Source: Promethearchaeota archaeon
Lineage (GTDB): Archaea > Asgardarchaeota > Lokiarchaeia > Sigyniarchaeales > SOKP01
Assembly (NCBI GenBank): GCA_019894975.1
Contig: JAGXNO010000075.1
Coordinates: 1-11,089 of the forward strand
Direction of reading: 5' to 3'
Length of the DNA: 11,089 nt
The position numbers and the translations under genes were made by a program. The notes beneath the pieces are model-generated. The model was not told the DNA's origin and searched no databases. It was given only the letters and a program-made list of their open reading frames with translations. The number at the start of each line of letters is the position of its first letter. Positions within the stretch are counted from its first letter, which is position 1. Positions 1 to 7,450 of the stretch are shown in pieces.

Positions 1-179
1 TTGCAGAAGTAATAAAACCATCTAAATGTAAAATTGGTTGTACTACATGTGCAAATTTATGTTTAACTGAAGCTATAAAATTACCCCCACTTCCCGGACT
101 TTATAAACTAATGAAAAAGAGAAATATAATCGATTTATGCTGGAAAAATTTAGATTATAACAAATATATGTGGATGTAA
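1..179 (+). CDS. 4Fe-4S dicluster ferredoxin-family protein, 3' part (5' end outside window)
   Basis: Not in ORF track. Frame from nt 3 reads AEVIKPSKCKIGCTTCANLCLTEAIKLPPLPGLYKLMKKRNIIDLCWKNLDYNKYMWM* (TAA 177-179). CxxGCxxCxxxC..AI is a 4Fe-4S motif. Confidence 0.85.
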   Translation, partial: AEVIKPSKCKIGCTTCANLCLTEAIKLPPLPGLYKLMKKRNIIDLCWKNLDYNKYMWM

Positions 180-275
180 AAAATGATTAATTATTTATTA
201 TAAATTGAAAATTAACGGTTTTCAATTAAACATCAATTACCAAAAAAACAATATAAAAAACTAAATCAAATTTAC

Positions 276-300
276 TTTTTTTTATCTTGGATAAAAAAAA
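276..300. terminator. Putative bidirectional terminator between convergent genes
   Basis: TTTTTTTTATC-TTG-GATAAAAAAAA: 11-bp inverted repeat giving an oligo-T tract on each strand. A second 9-bp inverted repeat (AATTGAAAA 203-211 / TTTTCAATT 219-227) lies nearby. Confidence 0.45.
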
Positions 301-324
301 ATTATGTAATTTCCAATGAAATTT

Positions 325-531
325 TTATAAGTTATATCCTAATGAGATAACAAACATTCTTCCGAATTTTTTCACCATTTTTTCTAAATTCACCACAAAT
401 TTCGGTTCTTTTAATATTCCGCATTGAGAGAGTTTTGAATCGCCTTGAAATACGCTTACAGCAAAGGTAGAACAAATTGGGTAACCACATTTACCGCAAT
501 TGGCTTTTGGTAAATAATTATAAAGCTCCAT
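325..531 (-). CDS. Small putative Fe-S cluster domain protein (PF04060-type, as in RnfB/CdhE N-termini); possibly 5'-truncated
   Basis: LPKANCGKCGYPICSTFA...CGIL matches the LPxxNCxxCGxxxCxxFA...C four-cysteine signature. Confidence 0.75.
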   Translation of the reverse strand: MELYNYLPKANCGKCGYPICSTFAVSVFQGDSKLSQCGILKEPKFVVNLEKMVKKFGRMFVISLGYNL

Positions 532-558
532 CCACGATTTTTTAATTTTATAAAAATT

Positions 559-573
559 AAAAAAAAGAAAAAA
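559..573 (-). terminator. Oligo-T tract after dsrH (archaeal-type terminator candidate)
   Basis: Plus strand AAAAAAAAGAAAAAA is a T-rich run on the minus strand about 20 nt past the dsrH stop. Confidence 0.4.
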
Positions 574-592
574 TAAGTTAATTATTCTTCAA

Positions 593-892
593 TTACATAT
601 TTATTATTGAATCGCTTTTAAAAATTAAATCAATCACATCATCAGAGGCAATTAATTTAATTTTATCTGAAATAAAATTAGACAATCCTCGGATTTCTAT
701 GTGCTCTTCACACGCAGCGACTTTTTTATTTTGATTGAGAGCTTGTGAAACTGCTTTATTAGATTTATTAGCAAAATACACTGCATTTTGAAGCAAAAGA
801 ATTGTTACATCATCTTCTTCAGTATGTTCCATAGCAAGTTCTACACCTGTAATATCTTCGCTTGTTATAAAATATAAAACTTTTTTGCTCAC
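593..892 (-). CDS. dsrH: DsrH/TusB-family sulfur relay protein
   Basis: ILLLQNAVY and EHIEIRGL...LI...VIDLI motifs; about 100 aa; third gene of an E-F-H trio. The start is likely GTG at 892 (GGAGG about 10 nt upstream) rather than TTG at 901, which nearly abuts the GGAGG. Confidence 0.85.
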   Translation of the reverse strand: MSKKVLYFITSEDITGVELAMEHTEEDDVTILLLQNAVYFANKSNKAVSQALNQNKKVAACEEHIEIRGLSNFISDKIKLIASDDVIDLIFKSDSIINM

Positions 893-906
893 CTTAATCA
901 AACCTC

Positions 907-1251
907 CTAAAATGGTATTGCAACAGTTGAATCTTCAATCATTTTCAAAATTTCACCGTGTTCTTTTACTTCAACTTGATCGATTAAATCATTTTTAGTA
1001 AGTCCCCGTTCATTAAGAGCCTTCCTATCTACATAGATGTCAAGATCTATATTTTTTATGAAATCTATGTGCATAGAATACATTGTTTTATCCACATCCT
1101 TAAGAAAGGCATAGACACCATCATTTATAGCAATGGTTATCGGTTCAAAATCACCACTAAGGGCGACAGTCATTCTTAAACCTTCAACAGGATAAAGCGT
1201 CCCCTGAGGAGGTTGCCGTAAAAGAATAACTATATTTTTTTCTTCTGACAT
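907..1251 (-). CDS. dsrF: DsrF/TusC-like (DsrE-family) sulfur relay protein
   Basis: PPQGT..VEGLRM, INDGVYAF, YVDRKALNERGL and a C-terminal IPF. No Cys. AGGTGAT SD-like motif upstream. Confidence 0.8.
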   Translation of the reverse strand: MSEEKNIVILLRQPPQGTLYPVEGLRMTVALSGDFEPITIAINDGVYAFLKDVDKTMYSMHIDFIKNIDLDIYVDRKALNERGLTKNDLIDQVEVKEHGEILKMIEDSTVAIPF

Positions 1252-1262
1252 TTTTTATCACC

Positions 1263-1625
1263 TTAACAAATTACTACTAGTCTATCAGTTTCATCTATAA
1301 TTTTCGCAAGATCAGGCGTGCCTGCTCTTTTCACATCGCCACATTCCTTTTTTAGACAGTATTTCATGGTACCCCTAACTAAAAGACAGAGGTTGCATAA
1401 TCTTACCGTAGCGCCCTTCTTCAGGATTTCTTTAAAACCCTCTTCGATGTTGAATATCCCTTCGATTTTTTTCTGGTTTTCTAAAAGCGCATTCACCGCA
1501 TCCATGTAGCAAAAAACACGAACTTCATGCCCTTTATCCAATGCGGCATTAGCTAACCTTACTACTGTTTCAGGGGCTTGTGTTTGATAAGGCCCGCTAA
1601 AAAAAAGAATTCCCAGTCGTGACAT
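1263..1625 (-). CDS. dsrE: DsrE/TusD-family sulfurtransferase
   Basis: SGPY, LANAALDKGHEVRVFCYMDAV and LCNLCLLVRG (Cys at the DsrE/TusD persulfide position, within a CxxC). Confidence 0.88.
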   Translation of the reverse strand: MSRLGILFFSGPYQTQAPETVVRLANAALDKGHEVRVFCYMDAVNALLENQKKIEGIFNIEEGFKEILKKGATVRLCNLCLLVRGTMKYCLKKECGDVKRAGTPDLAKIIDETDRLVVIC

Positions 1626-1650
1626 CTTTTTTCATCAACTCCATCTTATA

Positions 1651-2715
1651 TTAATTTTTTCTCCACATAAAAAGTAGATAAGCCATCAACCAACAACCGA
1701 GGATAATGAATACCCCAGATAATAGGCTTCCGAGAGAAAGAAGTGGAAAACCGCTTAAAATGTTACCTATATTGCATCCCATAGCTATGATTGCTCCAAT
1801 TCCCATCGCTAATCCACCAACAAATTGAATCAAGATAGTTTTTGCATGTTTAGGGGTTCTCAACTTGAATTCTTTTGCTATAATCGCACTAATAAAAGCA
1901 CCAATAACAATCCCTATTACTAACCATGTTTCCCAACCTAATACTGAATTAACTCCTGTATTCCAGAATTTATTCCAGCCGACCCAACCACCTGTAATCC
2001 CTAAAGGATAATTTCGACCAGATGCCGCTGAAGTCACATAAGCAAACGATGCTATTATTCCTATTGCAACTGCGGTTACAGCCCAATGCCATCCTTGTTT
2101 GAAAGTTTTTTGCCCAAAATTGGAAAAATCAAGCATGGGTTTATTTTCTCTTTTTTTTGCTCGTAATTCACGCCATATCCAAAAATAAGCAATTAAAGCA
2201 ATTCCTACTATACCAATGATTAACATAAATATTGGTGTGAGATCTCCAAAAAGTGTAAGTGCAGTGTTATCTGAGTACGTGATTTTTGTACTATCTTGTA
2301 AAGCTTTAGCTATGGGGTTAAGTGCTCCAACTTTCGTAAAATAAGCACCACCTGCAAACCCTAATAAAGCAACTAGTGAACCCATCATACCTTCTCCTAC
2401 TCGGTATGTAGTTCCACTTGCGCATCCAGCGGCTAAGACCATTCCGACTCCGAAAATTAACCCTCCGATAATGTTAGCACCCCATGCAAAATGCTTAGGA
2501 TTTAATGTAATTATGTCCGCAAATGACATTATTGCAAAACCTAACATTGACAGAAGTATTGCTAGTGCTACTGATTTTGCTAATTTGTACTCTTTTAATA
2601 ATATAACATCTCTAAAAGCAGAATTCATGCAAAACCTTCCTCGCTGTAATACAAATCCAAAAATAATTCCTAAAATTAATCCAGGAATTAACGCATACTG
2701 TATATCTATTGCCAT
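1651..2715 (-). CDS. yeeE: YeeE/YedE-family sulfur-compound (thiosulfate-type) transporter
   Basis: Polytopic 354 aa protein with GFVLQRGRFCM, GGLIFGVGMVLAAGCASG and GGLAMGIGAIIAMGCNIG, which carry the three conserved Cys motifs. AGGTGA SD-like motif upstream. Confidence 0.93.
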   Translation of the reverse strand: MAIDIQYALIPGLILGIIFGFVLQRGRFCMNSAFRDVILLKEYKLAKSVALAILLSMLGFAIMSFADIITLNPKHFAWGANIIGGLIFGVGMVLAAGCASGTTYRVGEGMMGSLVALLGFAGGAYFTKVGALNPIAKALQDSTKITYSDNTALTLFGDLTPIFMLIIGIVGIALIAYFWIWRELRAKKRENKPMLDFSNFGQKTFKQGWHWAVTAVAIGIIASFAYVTSAASGRNYPLGITGGWVGWNKFWNTGVNSVLGWETWLVIGIVIGAFISAIIAKEFKLRTPKHAKTILIQFVGGLAMGIGAIIAMGCNIGNILSGFPLLSLGSLLSGVFIILGCWLMAYLLFMWRKN

Positions 2716-2728
2716 TTTTTCTTTTCAC

Positions 2729-2962
2729 CTATTTTATTTTAACCAATATTTTCCATTCAGAAGCTCCAACTTTGTCAGTTGAAAGAACTTCATTTCCCAT
2801 TGATTTCATTGTTTCAGGAATTCTTTCTGCTGAAAGAGGATAATCTATCAAGATTTCTAGAACTTCTCCTGAATTCATTTTTTTAGCTTTCCTCTTACTT
2901 TTGACATCAGGGTAGGGACAAACCTCCCCTCTACAATCTAATGTTTCTGTAACATCAACCAT
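2729..2962 (-). CDS. tusA: TusA/SirA-family sulfur carrier (YeeD/YedF-like)
   Basis: 77 aa; LDCRGEVCPYP (CPxP motif); GEVLEILIDYPLSAERIP. Confidence 0.93.
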   Translation of the reverse strand: MVDVTETLDCRGEVCPYPDVKSKRKAKKMNSGEVLEILIDYPLSAERIPETMKSMGNEVLSTDKVGASEWKILVKIK

Positions 2963-2990
2963 TTTTTTTCACTTTTTTATCAATTTTTAG

Positions 2991-3003
2991 TTACAATTTG
3001 TAA
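2991..3003. promoter_or_regulatory. Palindromic operator candidate 1 (TTACA-ATT-TGTAA)
   Basis: Perfect 5-3-5 palindrome about 28 nt upstream of the tusA start. Bracketed by a 12-bp inverted repeat (TTTTATCAATTT 2975-2986 / AAATTGATAAAA 3002-3013). Confidence 0.75.
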
Positions 3004-3017
3004 ATTGATAAAATAAA

Positions 3018-3053
3018 CAATATTAAGAAATTTATAAAGATTTCTTAATATTG
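3018..3053. promoter_or_regulatory. TATA box (TTTATAAA 3031-3038) inside a 14-bp perfect inverted repeat; probable promoter of the tusA operon
   Basis: CAATATTAAGAAAT (3018-3031) / ATTTCTTAATATTG (3040-3053). Purine-rich BRE-like AAGAAA precedes the TATA on both strands. Confidence 0.6.
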
Positions 3054-3137
3054 AGTATATAGTAAAAGTAGCGTATATATCTAGTAATATATCTTTTTTA
3101 AATCTTTACATTCCTTAATGTATTCGTATAAATTCAC

Positions 3138-3150
3138 TTACAAAATGTAA
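3138..3150. promoter_or_regulatory. Palindromic operator candidate 2 (TTACA-AAA-TGTAA)
   Basis: Same motif, upstream of the TTATAATTATAA TATA-like element (3165-3176) of the lrp gene. Confidence 0.75.
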
Positions 3151-3197
3151 CATAATTATCAAAATTATAATTATAAGGGAATTATTAATAAATAATC

Positions 3198-3210
3198 TTA
3201 CAATTTGTAA
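3198..3210. promoter_or_regulatory. Palindromic operator candidate 3 (TTACA-ATT-TGTAA)
   Basis: Same motif, exactly 60 bp from site 2, over the expected lrp transcription start. Confidence 0.75.
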
Positions 3211-3239
3211 CTAGAATTAACTGAAATTCTTATGGTAAA

Positions 3240-3848
3240 ATGGATACACCTAAGAAATTTAAAAAAAAATTAAAGCTAGATAAGATCAACATTGAACTTT
3301 TCAAGTCTTTAGATGAAGATGGAAGGATAAATTATTCAAGAATCGGAAAAAAATTTGGTCTATCTCATGTTGCTATAAAAAACCGGTATGAAAACCTAAT
3401 AAAAAAAAATATTATTAAACCAAGCCTGTTAGTTAATTTTTCAAAGTTAGATTTCAAATTAGCAATTTTATTATTAGAATTAGAAACTGAGAGTCTTGAC
3501 AAAATAAAAGATATCTATTCTAAATGTCCCAGAGTTTTATTCTCTTTTAATTTAATAGGTGAATATAATCATCTTTTATTATTTTTTGCTGAAAATTTAG
3601 AAACTATAGAAACAATTTTTAATTCCTGTATGCTATATAATTTGAAGGGTGTGAGAAAGTCGAATATCCTACTATTTGGAAGTTTAAAAGAGGATCTCTT
3701 TTTACCTTTAAATTTATCTCAACTTGACCAACAAAATGAAAATACACCATGTGGAACTTGTTGCAAGTTTTGTAAATCTTTTATTAAAGGACAATGTATT
3801 GGCTGCCCAGCATCAAAATATTACGAGGGACCGTTAAAAATAACCTAA
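3240..3848 (+). CDS. Lrp/AsnC-family transcriptional regulator with Cys-rich C-terminal extension
   Basis: N-terminal LDKINIELFKSLDEDGRINYSRIGKKFGLSHVAIKNRYENL HTH; RAM-like domain (LIGEYNHLL, GVRKS); tail PCGTCCKFCKSFIKGQCIGCP. Confidence 0.9.
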   Translation: MDTPKKFKKKLKLDKINIELFKSLDEDGRINYSRIGKKFGLSHVAIKNRYENLIKKNIIKPSLLVNFSKLDFKLAILLLELETESLDKIKDIYSKCPRVLFSFNLIGEYNHLLLFFAENLETIETIFNSCMLYNLKGVRKSNILLFGSLKEDLFLPLNLSQLDQQNENTPCGTCCKFCKSFIKGQCIGCPASKYYEGPLKIT

Positions 3849-3949
3849 TTCCAATATAAATTTCTTTATTTAAATAAAAAAATTAAATCTTAAGGATTAA
3901 AACCTAGATATTTTTTGTTTGGTAAGGCTGTATTTACTTTATCTATTTG

Positions 3950-4729
3950 TTAAACATTTTTATTTTTTGATCTTCTTTTCTTTACTGCTCGAGTCTTATA
4001 CAATTCAACATATAAATAACGATCCATTTTCATCCAATATTTACATTTAACGACTCCTTTTTGTATTAAATCATCAGGAATACTTTCTTTTGTAATTATT
4101 CCTTTATTATTATCTTTTTTATGAACATATTCATAAATCCATGATGGAATCTTTTTTGCGTTTCCAAACCCTAATTTTTCATATATCACATCAATATATT
4201 CTTTATTGTCTGCACCTTGAATTTCACAAGAAACATTAATGAGCTCACTAATTGGTAAATGTTCGGGTTGATATTTATTATATATTTTTTTTACTTCAGC
4301 ATTGTAATTTTTGACAGATGGAAAGGTTTTGCATTGTTCAATAAACGCATCTCTCATAACTTCAAAAAATTTAGTGCTCAATATTAATACTCTATAAACT
4401 TTTATGACTTGAGAATATACATCTACCAACATTAAATTCAACTTTTTTGGACAAGTTTCCTGTAAAATTTTTTTATAGTTATTAACCTCCATTTCTGGAT
4501 AAAGACAATTTGAATAAGTAACATCACACCAATCTAAGTTTCCGATTTTAAATAATAGAAAAAATACGTTGGGTCTTACAATGAGTTTTAGGTTTATATT
4601 CTCTGATTTATATGCTTTAATTTCTTGTTTTGAAGGGATTTTCATACCAACAATTAAATTACTATTAATGTAGTCAAATTCTATAAAATCTTTATTCCAG
4701 GAAAGCTTCTGATGATATTTTTCATTCAT
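3950..4729 (-). CDS. Hypothetical protein (259 aa)
   Basis: Long ATG-initiated ORF in AT-rich DNA with protein-like composition; no family confidently recognised. Confidence 0.75.
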   Translation of the reverse strand: MNEKYHQKLSWNKDFIEFDYINSNLIVGMKIPSKQEIKAYKSENINLKLIVRPNVFFLLFKIGNLDWCDVTYSNCLYPEMEVNNYKKILQETCPKKLNLMLVDVYSQVIKVYRVLILSTKFFEVMRDAFIEQCKTFPSVKNYNAEVKKIYNKYQPEHLPISELINVSCEIQGADNKEYIDVIYEKLGFGNAKKIPSWIYEYVHKKDNNKGIITKESIPDDLIQKGVVKCKYWMKMDRYLYVELYKTRAVKKRRSKNKNV

Positions 4730-4841
4730 GCTATTCTATATTTTCCAACACTTTTTACAATCTATTTAAATCAGTAGGATTTATCTCAATTAAGGTAAAT
4801 TAGATGTTTTTTGGTTCATATTAATTTAAATATTTTTTTGA

Positions 4842-4854
4842 TTACAGATTGTAA
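4842..4854. promoter_or_regulatory. Palindromic operator candidate 4 (TTACA-GAT-TGTAA)
   Basis: Same motif, followed by C as at sites 2 and 3, in the divergent gap between the hypothetical gene and the hesB-like/tlpA/ccdA operon. Confidence 0.7.
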
Positions 4855-4954
4855 CCTAAATATCTTAATATTCTTTCAAATTAAAAAAATATAAATTAAG
4901 ATTTAAATTAAATATTTTTATATAGAAATTTTCTAAAAATATGACTTTATAACT

Positions 4955-5284
4955 ATGAATGTGACTTTTTCGAATAAAGCGAGTGATTATATTAAAAAAA
5001 AAAATATTATTAATATTTTGGTAAAAATTTCATTTTTTATACAAGGTTGTGTTCATATTTATGAACCGAAATTAGAACCAATTCCGATAGATAAATTAGG
5101 AAATTTTGAGAAAAATGAACGGATTATACTAAATGGATTTACTATACTTCTATCAGATCAATTTCTAAAGATATATAATTCCCAAGAAGAGCTCCATATT
5201 GATTTGCAAAAATTCCCAAATCAAAAGCTAATATTAAAAAATCTCGATCCAATTATAATTCAAACATGCAAAATAGATAAATAA
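4955..5284 (+). CDS. HesB-like / CC-Se-motif-like small protein
   Basis: MNVTFSNKASDYIKKK...QGC...EP...LNGFTILL...LHIDL...KLIL resembles the HesB/IscA-like CC/Se family layout. One Cys at the motif and one near the C-terminus. Confidence 0.55.
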   Translation: MNVTFSNKASDYIKKKNIINILVKISFFIQGCVHIYEPKLEPIPIDKLGNFEKNERIILNGFTILLSDQFLKIYNSQEELHIDLQKFPNQKLILKNLDPIIIQTCKIDK

Positions 5285-5305
5285 GTAAAATTAAAAACTT
5301 TTAAA

Positions 5306-5980
5306 ATGTCAACAGAAAATAATAATTCAGATCAAAATACTAATACTCATAGAAAAGTACACTATAGGCTCGTTCGTTACAAAAAACTATCAAAATCTTA
5401 CTATAACAAATTTTTGACTCTATCTATCGTGATTTTCCCTACTATTATCGTAGTTGCATTATTAATTTCAGGAGGAATTTTTGATAACATGTTTAATGGA
5501 GGGGCCCCTAATATACCCACGATCCCTGATAACCCTACTGAACCTCCCACGGAACCTTATAAATCCGATATCACTTTAACAACAATTTATGGTCAGAAAA
5601 TTCAATTAGCAGATCATCAAGGTAAAGTAGTAATTATTTACTTTTTTGGTACTCACTGCCCTGGATGTCCAGAGCAAGCAAGTATTTTAGCAAATATAGA
5701 TGATATATACACTAGTAGTCAACTATATATAGTTCCAATATGCCTTGATACAACCGCTGAGACATCTAATAGTGAATTAGATGATTGGTTAGGAGGATAT
5801 GATCCTAATTGGCCAGTTATACGGGATACCGTTCAATATACGTATGCAAGTTATTTCAATCTAATGTACAAACCAACAGTGAAAATATTAGATATAAATG
5901 GAGATATTGAAGCTACAATGGTGGGTACAACACAAGGTAGTTTCAACAATATTAAAACACAAGTGGATGCTTTATTATAA
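5306..5980 (+). CDS. Membrane-anchored TlpA/ResA-like thioredoxin (redoxin domain)
   Basis: One TM helix, Pro-rich linker (PNIPTIPDNPTEPPTEP), LADHQGKVVIIYFFGTHCPGC, and YKPTVKILDINGDI with the cis-Pro. Confidence 0.88.
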   Translation: MSTENNNSDQNTNTHRKVHYRLVRYKKLSKSYYNKFLTLSIVIFPTIIVVALLISGGIFDNMFNGGAPNIPTIPDNPTEPPTEPYKSDITLTTIYGQKIQLADHQGKVVIIYFFGTHCPGCPEQASILANIDDIYTSSQLYIVPICLDTTAETSNSELDDWLGGYDPNWPVIRDTVQYTYASYFNLMYKPTVKILDINGDIEATMVGTTQGSFNNIKTQVDALL

Positions 5981-6004
5981 AAATTTAATTATCAAATTCT
6001 AAAA

Positions 6005-6733
6005 ATGTTTGATCTTGGATTATTTTTTATAGCAATTGGTGGAGGTATATTGTCTTTTTTAGCACCATGTAATATTGGCACACTACCAACTTTTATAGCA
6101 TATATTCAAGGTCAAACCAATTCAACTAAAAAGGCTATACTTATGAGTTTAGCGTTTTCTGTTGGATTTATCGCATTATTTACAATCGTTGCGACTCTTT
6201 TTATTGTTATATCTGGGTTTATACGTTATATTTTTTGGATAAAAATAATATCAGGCATTATTATAATATTAATGGCATTTTATCTTTTCTTCAGCAAATT
6301 TAATAAAAAAAAACCTCAAAACTATAAACCAACACAAGTAGAGGAGGAAGCTTTAAAGAACATTTATGGTATTAAACATGAAGAAGAAGAAAAAAAACAT
6401 CAAGGAATTTTAGGAGCAATAATTCTTGGGTGTTCTATGGGTTCACCTTGGATTGCCTGCATTACACCAATCTATCTATCCATCGTGACTATAGCTATGA
6501 ATCAAGAAACTTTTATTTTTGGATTTTTATTATTTTCTTTTTACGCGATAGGATTAATGATACCTTATATCCTTATAGGAACCGCATTAGGACTTATTAA
6601 CCAAAGAGTAATTGTTAAATTCTTTAAAATTAGTTCATGGTTGCAAAAATTCTTTGCTATATTATTAATTTGGATAGGAATTGAATTTTTACTGTCTGCA
6701 TTTGGTATTGGGGGGTTGCTACCTTTTATTTGA
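6005..6733 (+). CDS. ccdA: CcdA-family (DsbD transmembrane domain) electron transporter
   Basis: GGILSFLAPCNIGTLP, PWIACITPI, FYAIGLMIPY; about 6 TM helices. Confidence 0.88.
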   Translation: MFDLGLFFIAIGGGILSFLAPCNIGTLPTFIAYIQGQTNSTKKAILMSLAFSVGFIALFTIVATLFIVISGFIRYIFWIKIISGIIIILMAFYLFFSKFNKKKPQNYKPTQVEEEALKNIYGIKHEEEEKKHQGILGAIILGCSMGSPWIACITPIYLSIVTIAMNQETFIFGFLLFSFYAIGLMIPYILIGTALGLINQRVIVKFFKISSWLQKFFAILLIWIGIEFLLSAFGIGGLLPFI

Positions 6734-6756
6734 GTTTTATGGGTGTTATTTTAAAT

Positions 6757-7437
6757 ATGAATGTTGATATAATTATTGCCTTTGTTTCTGGATTAACTAT
6801 TGGTGCTACTCCATGTATTTTATTAATGGTTAGTGCTTTTGGTACTTCACTTATTTTAATAGAAGAAGAATTGAAATTTATAAAAATTGCTATTGGGTTA
6901 ATCTCGGGTCTAATCTTTGGTTATATTCTAATCTCGATACTGTTTCTCTTTTTCTTTCCCTTTTTGGAAGTTTTATATTTATTCAAGTATTTTTTTGCGG
7001 GAATTTTAATTTTAATTGGAATTTGGCAAATAATTGAGTGTAAAAAAGAAGATAGTATTATATTTGGTACTCCTGAAAAAGTTAAGAAAGTATTAAAGGA
7101 TTTTATTGAAAAAAAGACAGGTTTTTATGCCTTCCTGGTGGGAATTATTTTTGTTCTCATAAAAATGCCTTGTTTTGGAGGTGTTTATTTAGCATTAATA
7201 TATAATCTCCATACCAACCCCTTACTTTATGTATTCATCTTTGTATATTTAGTAGGGTTGGTTATTCCAATAATAACAGTTCTTATTCTTCTTAGATTGG
7301 GATTAGAGTCAAGAAAACTTAATGATTTTAGACTAAAGTATAGAACACAATTAAGAATATTAAGTGGGGTTATCATAATTTTTCTTGCTTTTTATTTATT
7401 AATACTAGATGATTTAATCAATAGTTTATTAATTTAA
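6757..7437 (+). CDS. Second CcdA/DsbD-transmembrane-like protein
   Basis: GLTIGATPCILL, KMPCFGGVY and YLVGLVIP; both redox Cys retained. The likely start is ATG 6757 (GGGTG upstream); the track uses TTG 6730. Confidence 0.8.
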   Translation: MNVDIIIAFVSGLTIGATPCILLMVSAFGTSLILIEEELKFIKIAIGLISGLIFGYILISILFLFFFPFLEVLYLFKYFFAGILILIGIWQIIECKKEDSIIFGTPEKVKKVLKDFIEKKTGFYAFLVGIIFVLIKMPCFGGVYLALIYNLHTNPLLYVFIFVYLVGLVIPIITVLILLRLGLESRKLNDFRLKYRTQLRILSGVIIIFLAFYLLILDDLINSLLI

Positions 7438-7450
7438 GAAAAGAAAATTT

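Noticed and set aside
1318-1509. 63-aa plus-strand ORF
   Set aside because: Antisense shadow inside dsrE.
593-1625. Dissimilatory sulfur oxidation (reverse Dsr) pathway
   Set aside because: No dsrAB, dsrC or dsrMKJOP here; DsrEFH-like trios also occur in organisms without that pathway.
2471-2782. 103-aa plus-strand ORF
   Set aside because: Antisense to yeeE and tusA; no recognisable motif.
2963-3239. CRISPR-like array from the repeated TTACA..TGTAA units
   Set aside because: Repeats are only 13-15 bp, irregularly spaced and located at promoters; no cas genes.
6731-6753. Selenocysteine readthrough of the ccdA TGA, or Sec in the sulfur genes
   Set aside because: Readthrough adds only a few codons before TAA. 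All catalytic positions in tusA, dsrE, yeeE, the hesB-like gene and tlpA are Cys codons, and no convincing SECIS was seen.
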